Below, in pieces: positions 44,467 through 53,241 of a stretch of DNA of 64,000 nucleotides. Under the pieces are notes generated by a model. That model searched no databases. It saw only the letters and a list, made by a program, of their open reading frames with translations, and had not been told where the DNA came from. The position numbers and the translations under genes were made by a program. The first letter of the stretch is position 1; every line of letters starts with the position of its first letter. Source of the stretch: Candidatus Omnitrophota bacterium (GTDB lineage: Bacteria; Omnitrophota; Omnitrophia; Omnitrophales; JACROU01); assembly GCA_029261035.1 (NCBI GenBank), contig JAJDCD010000012.1, forward strand, positions 6,958 through 70,957, read 5' to 3'.

Positions 44467-45250
44467 TTTTCCCTACCAATTCTTTTGTTTTCTCCAGTAT
44501 TTTTTTTGACTTAAGCAAACTTGTCCCAATTAAGAAGGCATGTACTCCTTTTGATAAAAAAGTTTCAATCTCTTCTCGAGTAGACAGGCCACTTTCAACC
44601 ACAACTGTTTTGTTTTTAGGAACTCTGGACAACAATCTTTCTGAAACCCCTAGATTTGTAGACAATGTACTTAAGTTCCTATTATTTATTCCTATTATAT
44701 CGCAATCAATTTTCAACACTTTATCCATATCCTCTTCAGAATGAACTTCTACAAGAACATCTAGGTTTAGAGATTGTGCTAATTGATAAAACTCTCTCAA
44801 TTCTTCCTCCGTCAAAAACATAGCAATAAGAAGGATCGCATCTGCAGACAATACTTTTGATTCATATATTTGATAAGTATCCAGAATAAAATCTTTTCTT
44901 AGAATGGGGAGCTTTGTTACTTTTCGAATGGTTTTTAAATAACTAGGTCTTCCTAAAAAATATTTCGTCTCCGTTAAAACCGACAACGCTTTTGCACCAC
45001 CCTGTTCGTACCACTCTGCTATCTTAAGAGGATTAAAATCCTCAACGATAATCCCATTTGATGGACTCGCCTTTTTTATTTCCGCAATAATATGAGTTCC
45101 CTTATTAGAAGAAATTGCTTTTTTAAATGAAAAAGAATCTGGCTTAAAGCTATTTTCCTCAATAGATTTAATTAATCTTTTTTCAGGAAAACGGAGTTTT
45201 AGCTCCTCAACTTCCCTTTTTTTGTTCTTTATAATTTCATCTAGAATCAT
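44459..45250 (-). CDS. trpC: Indole-3-glycerol phosphate synthase
   Basis: MILDEIIKNKKREVEEL start. TIM-barrel IGPS motifs. Confidence 0.75.
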   Translation of the reverse strand: MILDEIIKNKKREVEELKLRFPEKRLIKSIEENSFKPDSFSFKKAISSNKGTHIIAEIKKASPSNGIIVEDFNPLKIAEWYEQGGAKALSVLTETKYFLGRPSYLKTIRKVTKLPILRKDFILDTYQIYESKVLSADAILLIAMFLTEEELREFYQLAQSLNLDVLVEVHSEEDMDKVLKIDCDIIGINNRNLSTLSTNLGVSERLLSRVPKNKTVVVESGLSTREEIETFLSKGVHAFLIGTSLLKSKKILEKTKELVGKNV

Positions 45251-45282
45251 TTCTTCACACCTTGATTAGTTAGAAAAATCAA

Positions 45283-46308
45283 TCAACTTGGCAACACAAT
45301 TCCATTAGATATTTCTATCGCTTTTTTAAGTTGAGCATAAGCTCTGCCGGTTTCTATAGAATACAATCCTAGCGCAACTCCCTCTTTAATGCTAGAGGCT
45401 CTTCCAGAGGCAAACAACCCCAAAGCCGCATTCGCAAGAACAACATTTCTTCTTGGACCCTTTTCCTTTCCTTGCAATATATCTAAAGCTATTCTTTTAT
45501 TTTCTTTAAGGTTCTTAGTATTCAAATCCTTAGGGTTTATCTTTTTCATTCCAAAATCAGAGGGCGACAATGTATGTTTTTGGATTTTGCGTTTATATAA
45601 TTGAGTCCCATGAGCATCTCCTGTTAGAGAAATTTCATCATATCCCCCCTCACTCATAAATACCCACACATGTTTAGAACCTAGTTTTTTTAATATATCT
45701 ATATACACACCCACCAAAGAAGGTTCTGAAACACCTATAATTTGATTTTTAACTTTAGCAGGGTTTAGTAAAGGACCTAAAAAATTAAAGATAGATTTGA
45801 TTTTCAGTTTCTGACGAATGGGTTGAATCTTAGCAAATGCTGGATGATAAAATGGAGCATGCAAATAAGTGAAATTGCTTTTTTTAACTAATTTAGTAAG
45901 ATCAGACTTCTTAAGTTCTAAGGAGTACCCAAAAGCCTCCAACAGATCTGAGCTGCCACACTGAGAAGAAATAGATCTATTTCCATGCTTAATTATCTGA
46001 GCTCCAGCTCCAGCAGCAATCAGAGCGGCAATCGTAGAAATATTAAATGTGTTTTTCCCATCCCCTCCGGTACCACAAAAATCAACTGCAAAAGGTTGAT
46101 TATGATGAACAACATTCATTTTCTTTCTCAACAATTGGACGGCAGACAATAGTTCTACAGCAGATTCTCCTTTTTTTCTTAATAAAAGAAGAGAAAGTAA
46201 GTTAGAATACATAGAATTAGAACTATTGAAGTAACTCTGAATAAGCTCCAGAGCTTCTTTCGAGTTTAAATCCGTATTATTTAATAGCTTTTGTATAATA
46301 GCATCCAT
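45283..46308 (-). CDS. trpD: Anthranilate phosphoribosyltransferase
   Basis: CGTGGDGKNTFNISTIAALIAAGAG motif. Confidence 0.8.
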   Translation of the reverse strand: MDAIIQKLLNNTDLNSKEALELIQSYFNSSNSMYSNLLSLLLLRKKGESAVELLSAVQLLRKKMNVVHHNQPFAVDFCGTGGDGKNTFNISTIAALIAAGAGAQIIKHGNRSISSQCGSSDLLEAFGYSLELKKSDLTKLVKKSNFTYLHAPFYHPAFAKIQPIRQKLKIKSIFNFLGPLLNPAKVKNQIIGVSEPSLVGVYIDILKKLGSKHVWVFMSEGGYDEISLTGDAHGTQLYKRKIQKHTLSPSDFGMKKINPKDLNTKNLKENKRIALDILQGKEKGPRRNVVLANAALGLFASGRASSIKEGVALGLYSIETGRAYAQLKKAIEISNGIVLPS

Positions 46309-46323
46309 ATAAGGCCCATCTAA

Positions 46324-47085
46324 ATGAAAATAAAATATTTAAAATTACTTCTAATTTATTCTTTCTTACTCTGTTTACCCTTAAGTTCCTGCAGTAAACT
46401 TTTTCCGCCAAAAGAGATTACAGTTCAAATAATACCTCAGGAAAAAGGCTTCATTGCTCATTTAAACATTTCAAGAAAAGGTCAGGTTCTAATTATACAA
46501 ACTGAGGAAATCAACCCCTCTCATCCAGAACTTAAAAAAATATTAGAGACTCCAAACACTTCTTTTACGCTTATTCTTCCATTAATAAATGAAACTTTAA
46601 TCAAAACAATTTCTCAACCCTTATGGATTGAGAAAATGAATGAATTTCACTATATCGATCTTAACTCAGTACCTGAATATCTTAAAAAGTATTTGTTAGA
46701 GCTTAAATCAAAAAAAATATTTTCCAAACCAACACGTCAAAACAGATACGTCCCTCTTAAAGACGCCGTTCTTATCTCTGTCTCACCTCACGAAAGCCTC
46801 GAATATAAAGAATCAACTAAAATTTGCTTTAAATTAATTCGAGGAAAAACTTCCTTTGTATTCACCCCAGAACTTACCCTGAAACTGATTGCGGATATGA
46901 AGAAAACATTTGGCAAACGTGGCATGAGAACAGACTTACTTGTCTCCAGCTCCATAACAGACGTTCCAGATATACTTTTGAATGAGTTCTTTGGAACACC
47001 TCATGTTATCAACATATCTCAAAGCGATTATACAGAAACTCCTATTTTTGAATCACAGGGTAAAGTAATAAAACAAATAAACTAG
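46324..47085 (+). CDS. Hypothetical lipoprotein
   Basis: Signal peptide with lipobox (LPLSSCS). The only plus-strand gene inside a minus-strand trp/his block. Confidence 0.4.
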   Translation: MKIKYLKLLLIYSFLLCLPLSSCSKLFPPKEITVQIIPQEKGFIAHLNISRKGQVLIIQTEEINPSHPELKKILETPNTSFTLILPLINETLIKTISQPLWIEKMNEFHYIDLNSVPEYLKKYLLELKSKKIFSKPTRQNRYVPLKDAVLISVSPHESLEYKESTKICFKLIRGKTSFVFTPELTLKLIADMKKTFGKRGMRTDLLVSSSITDVPDILLNEFFGTPHVINISQSDYTETPIFESQGKVIKQIN

Positions 47086-47088
47086 CTT

Positions 47089-47661
47089 TTACTTCACACT
47101 CAAAAAATTCTTAAGCAAGATCTTGCCTTCTTTAGTCATAATCGATTCTGGATGGAATTGAACACCCCATGTAGGATAATTTTTGTGTTTAATACCCATA
47201 ATTTCTTGACTGCTCGTCCATGCATTGACAATAAAATCCTTAGGCAAGGTGTTTTTGTCAATCAATAAGGAATGATAACGTGTTGCAATAAAAGGATTAC
47301 TCATAGATTTATAGATTGGATCATTCTTATGTTTAACCTCAGAGGTTTTTCCATGCATAATCTTTTTAGCACGAACAATTTTAGCTCCGTAACTATAGCC
47401 TATACATTGATGCCCTAAACAAATTCCTAATATGGGTATTTTTCCATTAAACTCTCTTATGACATCATTAGAAATCCCTGCTTCTTTTGGGGTACAAGGA
47501 CCTGGAGATATTACTATTTTATCTGGTTTCATCCGTTTAATTTGCTGAATACTCGTTTCATTGTTACGAAACACCTTCAATTTACCTCCGAGTTCACCTA
47601 GGTACTGTACGACGTTATAAGTAAATGAATCAAAGTTATCTATCATAATAATTCTATTCAT
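47089..47661 (-). CDS. trpG: Anthranilate synthase component II / class-I glutamine amidotransferase (TrpG/PabA type)
   Basis: GICLGHQ catalytic Cys motif and a C-terminal HPES-like region. Adjacent to trpE. Confidence 0.7.
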   Translation of the reverse strand: MNRIIMIDNFDSFTYNVVQYLGELGGKLKVFRNNETSIQQIKRMKPDKIVISPGPCTPKEAGISNDVIREFNGKIPILGICLGHQCIGYSYGAKIVRAKKIMHGKTSEVKHKNDPIYKSMSNPFIATRYHSLLIDKNTLPKDFIVNAWTSSQEIMGIKHKNYPTWGVQFHPESIMTKEGKILLKNFLSVK

Positions 47662-49094
47662 AACAAATCATTTCCTTCTGATATCTGTATCGCATGAATC
47701 AATGCTTTTGCTTTATTAACAGTCTCTTCATACTCTTTTTCTGGATTAGAATCATAAACAATTCCTGCTCCTGCTTGAACATAAGCGTGATCTTTATCTA
47801 CAACCACTGTCCTTATAGCAATACACATATCCATATCTCCCGTTAAACTAAAATAACCTACAGCACCCGCGTAAGGGCCTCTTTTATCCTTCTCAAGCTC
47901 GTCAATAATTTCCATTGCTCTAATTTTAGGAGCTCCAGACACCGTCCCCGCAGGAAATGTAGCTTTCAATAGATCAAAATCTGTTTTGTTTGACTGTAAT
48001 GTTCCCGTTACATCCGTAACTAAATGCATCACATGAGAATAACGTTCAACCCGGGCGTAATCATCCACTTCCACAGTATTCGTTTTTGAAACACGCCCCA
48101 AATCATTACGCCCCAAGTCAACTAGCATTAAATGTTCTGCCATTTCTTTCTTCGAATTCTTAAGGTCTTGTTCTAATTTCTTGTCTTCTTTCTCAGTCTT
48201 CCCTCTGGGTCTTGTTCCAGCAATCGGACGAACCTCTGCCGTCGTTCCTGTTTTCTTAACTAGAAGCTCGGGACTAGAACCAATAAGTTTCAAGTTATTG
48301 TGTCTAAAGTAAAACATATAAGGAGATGGATTCAAGGATCTTAAAACGCGATAAATAGAAAAATCATCTTGAACTTTTCCCAAATCAAAACGTTGACTCA
48401 TTACAACCTGAATACAATCTCCTTGGCGAATATAGTTCTTAATTTTCTTAACTTTACTCGTAAAACTTTGCTTAGATAAATTAGATTTTAATTTAAAAGC
48501 TGAAGGTCGAGTAGCTCTTTTCTTAACAACAACTTTCGTATCTAAAAGTTTGTGGTATTTATTTAGGTCGACCTGCACTTTCTTATAGTTACTTTCTAAG
48601 TTCTTATCACACTCTATAAGTTGAACAATACGCATCTTTTTTTCTAAATGGTCAAAAAGAATAAAGTGATCAACCCAATAAAAAACACTTTCAGCAATGG
48701 GAAGACTTGGTTTTTTATTTTGAATTGATACCGATTCAAAATAACGAACATTTTCATAGGACAAGTACCCAACAAGCCCACCTTGAAAATCAGGCAAATA
48801 TTCTGATTTTTGAAATTTCTTTCTTTTGGGTTCAATCTCTTTTTCCAAAGTTTCTAATACACTTTTATCTTGATTAAATACAAACTCTTTCTTTGGAGAT
48901 GGGCAAATAAAAGAGTATCTACCTAGTTGAGCCCCTAATTCTACCGACTCTAAGAGAATGGCGGGATTGTCTTCCTTATTTAATTTAAGAAAAACAGACA
49001 CAGGAGTCTCTAGATCAGCCATAATCTCCTTGAAAACTGGAGTAATTGTTCCTTTTTTATATTTTTTCAACTCGCTCAATGAGGGTGATATCAT
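47658..49094 (-). CDS. trpE: Anthranilate synthase component I
   Basis: Chorismate-binding family motifs (GAVGYFSLTGDMDMCIAIRT, AGAGIVYDSNPEKEYEET). Confidence 0.7.
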   Translation of the reverse strand: MISPSLSELKKYKKGTITPVFKEIMADLETPVSVFLKLNKEDNPAILLESVELGAQLGRYSFICPSPKKEFVFNQDKSVLETLEKEIEPKRKKFQKSEYLPDFQGGLVGYLSYENVRYFESVSIQNKKPSLPIAESVFYWVDHFILFDHLEKKMRIVQLIECDKNLESNYKKVQVDLNKYHKLLDTKVVVKKRATRPSAFKLKSNLSKQSFTSKVKKIKNYIRQGDCIQVVMSQRFDLGKVQDDFSIYRVLRSLNPSPYMFYFRHNNLKLIGSSPELLVKKTGTTAEVRPIAGTRPRGKTEKEDKKLEQDLKNSKKEMAEHLMLVDLGRNDLGRVSKTNTVEVDDYARVERYSHVMHLVTDVTGTLQSNKTDFDLLKATFPAGTVSGAPKIRAMEIIDELEKDKRGPYAGAVGYFSLTGDMDMCIAIRTVVVDKDHAYVQAGAGIVYDSNPEKEYEETVNKAKALIHAIQISEGNDLL

Positions 49095-49097
49095 AAT

Positions 49098-49856
49098 TTA
49101 CCTTCTTACAGGAACGTCCTTATTCATTAAATACTCTTTTACTTGCGTTACTGTTAATTCGCCAAAATGAAATAAACTTGCAGCCAAAGCAGCGTCTGCC
49201 TTTCCTTCTTTAAAAGCTTCTTCAAAATGCTCCAATTTCCCAGCCCCACCCGAAGCTATCACAGGTACAGAAACGGCATCAGATACTTTTTTTGTCAGGT
49301 CTAAATCATAACCTTCCTTAGTGCCATCACAATCCATACTTGTTAATAAAATTTCTCCTCCTCCAAGACTTACAACTTCTTTTGCCCATTCGACAACATC
49401 TCTACCTGTATCTATTCTCCCACCATGAGTAAAAACATTCCAACTACCTTCGGAATTTCTTTTAGCATCTATGGCAACAACAATACATTGAGAACCAAAT
49501 TGGTCTGAAGCTTTTTTTACGAGCTCGGGCTTTTCGACTGCTCTTGTGTTCAAGGACACTTTATCGCATCCTGCTTTAAGCAAATCTCGAATATCTCCAA
49601 CCCCTTGAATTCCTCCACCTACCGTAAAGGGGATATAAATAGATTCCGCTACTTTCTCAACGATCTTTAGTAAAATAGGTCTTTCCTCATGAGAAGCTGT
49701 AATATCCAAAAAAACAAGCTCATCCGCATTCTGCTTATCATAGGCAATAGCACACTCAACAGGATCTCCAGCGTCTACAAGGTCAACAAATTGAACCCCT
49801 TTAACAACACGGCCTTCATGAACATCTAAACACGGTATAATTCTTTTTGTTAACAT
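49098..49856 (-). CDS. hisF: Imidazole glycerol phosphate synthase cyclase subunit
   Basis: [12 protein letters not shown]...GGGI... matches HisF. Confidence 0.85.
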   Translation of the reverse strand: MLTKRIIPCLDVHEGRVVKGVQFVDLVDAGDPVECAIAYDKQNADELVFLDITASHEERPILLKIVEKVAESIYIPFTVGGGIQGVGDIRDLLKAGCDKVSLNTRAVEKPELVKKASDQFGSQCIVVAIDAKRNSEGSWNVFTHGGRIDTGRDVVEWAKEVVSLGGGEILLTSMDCDGTKEGYDLDLTKKVSDAVSVPVIASGGAGKLEHFEEAFKEGKADAALAASLFHFGELTVTQVKEYLMNKDVPVRR

Positions 49857-49874
49857 TCAATAATCTCCAGCGAG

Positions 49875-50600
49875 TTACTTTTTAACCAACTCAACGGCTT
49901 CTTTTAAATTAATTTTATCTTCATATAAAGCACGGCCAATAATAGTTCCATTAAAATTAGGTTCTTTAATTTCCAAAACTTTTTTTACATCCTCAATATT
50001 TGCCATGCCTCCAGACAATATAAACTCAATGGATGGTTGCAAGTTCAAAACCTCTTTCAAACCTTCTATATTAGGCCCTTGCAGCATTCCATCTTTAGAA
50101 ATATCCGTCCAAACACCGTAAGAAGCTCCCATCTCCGCAATATGATTTAAGAAATCTTCTTGGTTAACTCCGCTCCCTTTCTTCCAACCATGCGTTTGAA
50201 CTAACCCGTCACGCACATCCATACCAATTGCAATCTGACTAGAAAATTCAGAAAGAATCTCTTTAACAAATCCTTTATCAACAGCACGAGTTCCAACAAT
50301 AACTCTGGAAACACCTATATCTAAAGCCGTCTTAATTTGCTCAATTGTTCTTACACCTCCACCAAGCTGAACTGGGGTATGAGTCTCATCAATGATCTTT
50401 CTTACGTATTCAAAATTTTTAAATTCACCATGAACTGCTCCATCTAAATCAACTACATGTATAAAATCTGCTCCCGCTTCTTGCCACCGCCTAGCATAAT
50501 CCACAGGTTCTCCTGGATACTCTGCCACCTGAGCAAAATCACCTCTTCGAAGTCGTACTACTTTTCCGTCCAAAATGTCAATAGAGGGGTATAACAACAT
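49875..50600 (-). CDS. hisA: ProFAR isomerase
   Basis: LYPSIDILDGKVVRL start. (beta/alpha)8 HisA motifs. Confidence 0.8.
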   Translation of the reverse strand: MLLYPSIDILDGKVVRLRRGDFAQVAEYPGEPVDYARRWQEAGADFIHVVDLDGAVHGEFKNFEYVRKIIDETHTPVQLGGGVRTIEQIKTALDIGVSRVIVGTRAVDKGFVKEILSEFSSQIAIGMDVRDGLVQTHGWKKGSGVNQEDFLNHIAEMGASYGVWTDISKDGMLQGPNIEGLKEVLNLQPSIEFILSGGMANIEDVKKVLEIKEPNFNGTIIGRALYEDKINLKEAVELVKK

Positions 50601-50613
50601 AACTTTTTCTCCT

Positions 50614-51258
50614 TTAATAATTAATAAAGTTTTCTAAAATTTTAAGTCCTTCCGATTGGCTTTTCTCAGGGTGAAACTGAGTCGCCCAAACATTCTCTTT
50701 TTCAATAATTGCAGGAAAATCCACACCGTAAGACGCCTTACCAACAACAATGGAGGGGTCTTCTGGAATGGCATAAAAAGAATGCACAAAATAGAAATAG
50801 GTATCTTTTTTTGTATCCTTAAAAATACCGCTCTGACCTTCATTTGGAACAATCGAGTTCCATCCCATATGAGGTACTTTTAAATCCCGGTTTTGAAATC
50901 GAGCTATTTTCCCCTTAAATATATTCAACCCCGGAATATCTGGATTTTCATCGCTAGATGAAAATAAAACTTGTAATCCTATGCATATGCCCAAAAAAGG
51001 TTTGTTATTCTGAATCACTTTTTTAATCGGAGAAATTAAATTTCTTTTTCTCAGTTCACACATCGCGTCTCCAAAAGCACCCACTCCCGGAAGAATAACC
51101 TTATCCGCCTGAAGAACGACATCCTTATCTGATGTCACAACAACACTCGCTCCCAATTTTTCTAACGCCTTGGATACACTTCGAAGATTTCCTGAGCCAT
51201 AATCAATAACTGCTATCATTAAAAAAACTCCCTTAAAGATTGCATCAAATTTACACAC
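50614..51258 (-). CDS. hisH: Imidazole glycerol phosphate synthase glutaminase subunit
   Basis: IAVIDYGSGNLRSV and GICIGLQ motifs. Confidence 0.85.
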   Translation of the reverse strand: MCKFDAIFKGVFLMIAVIDYGSGNLRSVSKALEKLGASVVVTSDKDVVLQADKVILPGVGAFGDAMCELRKRNLISPIKKVIQNNKPFLGICIGLQVLFSSSDENPDIPGLNIFKGKIARFQNRDLKVPHMGWNSIVPNEGQSGIFKDTKKDTYFYFVHSFYAIPEDPSIVVGKASYGVDFPAIIEKENVWATQFHPEKSQSEGLKILENFINY

Positions 51259-51306
51259 TTTATAAGCAAAACATGCCCTATTATAAATTAACAGAATTGC
51301 CTTAAG

Positions 51307-51960
51307 TTATTCTTTTAACTTTCCCTTAGTAGAAGGAATGCCTTTGCTACGGGGATCAATTTGAGTGGCCATATCTAAAGCCTTAGAGACACACTTAAAG
51401 AGCGCCTCTATGACATGGTGAGGATCTGTACCAAACTGAATAATCACATTCATATTAATTCCAGCGTGTTGGACAAAAGTCTTAAAGAATTCTCTAGCAT
51501 CATTTAAAAGATAAGAATTCTTGCGCTCAGTAATTTTCACCTTACGGTCTACTGTGTAATGAAATGAAGGTCGATCTGATATGTCTAGTGCTACTTGAAC
51601 TAAAGCCTCATCCATTGGAAGTATAAAAAAACCATAACGCTTAATTCCTTTTTTCGTACCCAAACACTCGCTAAAAGCTTTCCCCAAACAAATGGCCGTA
51701 TCTTCATTAGTATGGTGTATATCAATGTGAATATCTCCAACAGCCTTAACTTCTATATCGAATAAACCATGCTTTGCGAATCCTTCTAACATATGATCCA
51801 GAAAAGCAACGTCGGTCTTTACTTTTGATTTTCCACTTCCATCAATTTTTACTTTAACTTGAATATCTGTTTCGCTTGTCTTTCTCTTAAAACTTGCGGA
51901 TCTCTTATTAGATTTAACTGACTTTGTATTCATTCGATTCTCTTTTCTTATGCCTAACAT
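51307..51960 (-). CDS. hisB: Imidazoleglycerol-phosphate dehydratase
   Basis: HHTNEDTAICLG and related IGPD motifs. The true start may be the internal Met. Confidence 0.8.
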   Translation of the reverse strand: MLGIRKENRMNTKSVKSNKRSASFKRKTSETDIQVKVKIDGSGKSKVKTDVAFLDHMLEGFAKHGLFDIEVKAVGDIHIDIHHTNEDTAICLGKAFSECLGTKKGIKRYGFFILPMDEALVQVALDISDRPSFHYTVDRKVKITERKNSYLLNDAREFFKTFVQHAGINMNVIIQFGTDPHHVIEALFKCVSKALDMATQIDPRSKGIPSTKGKLKE

Positions 51961-51980
51961 TTAGGGACTACTATAAAACG

Positions 51981-53225
51981 TCATTTTTTCTTAGTATCTA
52001 CAAAACGTGCTTCCATTGAAATTTTGTGCAAAATAAGACCCTCAATATCTGTTAACACCTTTACAAATTCTCGTCCTTTATTCAACGCATCTTTAGTATA
52101 ATGAATCACTTGAAAGCTCTTTATAAAGCTTGAAGAGCTTAAGGGTGAAAAAAAGCGTGCTGTCCCTGCTGTCGGTAGGACATGACTAGGCCCTGCGATG
52201 TAGTCTCCAATAACTGTCGGAGAATAAGGTCCTATAAAAACTGTCCCTGCATGTTTTATCTTTTTTAGATAAATATTAGGAGATTTAGTGATAATCTCCA
52301 AATGTTCCGGAGCCATCTCATTTACAACCTCACAACCCTCTTCTAAAGAAGATACCATAATAATATAGCCCGGTTCGACTCTTTTTCTAATCTGCTCTGC
52401 CAACTTCTTTGAGTTCGTCACCAAAAAGCCAGACCCACCAATATGTTCTGTTTGAGCTAGAAGGTCACAGGTGACAAAATTAGGATCGGCTGACGCATCT
52501 GCTAAAATACAAATTTCACTTGGTCCAGCCACCATGTCAATGTCTACATAACCATACACCTGCCTCTTTGCTTCTGTTACATAGGAGTTTCCAGGCCCAA
52601 CGATTTTATCGACTTTCTTAATTGTTCTTGTTCCAAAAGCCAAAGCAGCAATTGCTTGAGCACCACCACAACGATAAATCTCTTTAATCCCTAACAAATT
52701 AGCCACTACTAATATTTGAGGATTGATATCTTCTGTATCCCTTTGAGGTGGAGTAACCAAAACCAGATCTTTTACCCCTGCAATTTTCGCAGGTAATGCT
52801 GTCATCAAGACAGTAGAAATTAATGGTGCTTGTCCTCCAGGAACATAGATGCCAACACGCTCTAAAGGAGAATAACATTTACTTAATTTCGCTCCATCGC
52901 AGCCCTTTACAGAGTAACTCTTTTTAATATCTTTTTCGTAAAACTGTTTAGCGTTACTCTGAAACTCTTTTATTAAAGGAACAAAATCATACCCTTCTAC
53001 TTTTTCATAAGCCTTGTTAATTTCCCCTTCGGAAACTCTTAATTTTTTCAAAGGTATATCAATACGATCAAACTCCTTAGTAAATCTTCTCAATGCTGCA
53101 TCTCCATGAGTCCGAACTTCTTGAAGAATCTTATGCACTTTTTTAAAAAGTAGCTCATCAAACTCAACTTCTTTGAGACGGCTAATCTTTTTTTGAGTTG
53201 TCTTATCCCATTGCACGACTTGCAT
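51981..53225 (-). CDS. hisD: Histidinol dehydrogenase
   Basis: GGAQAIAALAFGT...VDKIVGPGNSYV...AQTEH motifs. Confidence 0.85.
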   Translation of the reverse strand: MQVVQWDKTTQKKISRLKEVEFDELLFKKVHKILQEVRTHGDAALRRFTKEFDRIDIPLKKLRVSEGEINKAYEKVEGYDFVPLIKEFQSNAKQFYEKDIKKSYSVKGCDGAKLSKCYSPLERVGIYVPGGQAPLISTVLMTALPAKIAGVKDLVLVTPPQRDTEDINPQILVVANLLGIKEIYRCGGAQAIAALAFGTRTIKKVDKIVGPGNSYVTEAKRQVYGYVDIDMVAGPSEICILADASADPNFVTCDLLAQTEHIGGSGFLVTNSKKLAEQIRKRVEPGYIIMVSSLEEGCEVVNEMAPEHLEIITKSPNIYLKKIKHAGTVFIGPYSPTVIGDYIAGPSHVLPTAGTARFFSPLSSSSFIKSFQVIHYTKDALNKGREFVKVLTDIEGLILHKISMEARFVDTKKK

Positions 53226-53241
53226 AATAGATTTCCTTTTT

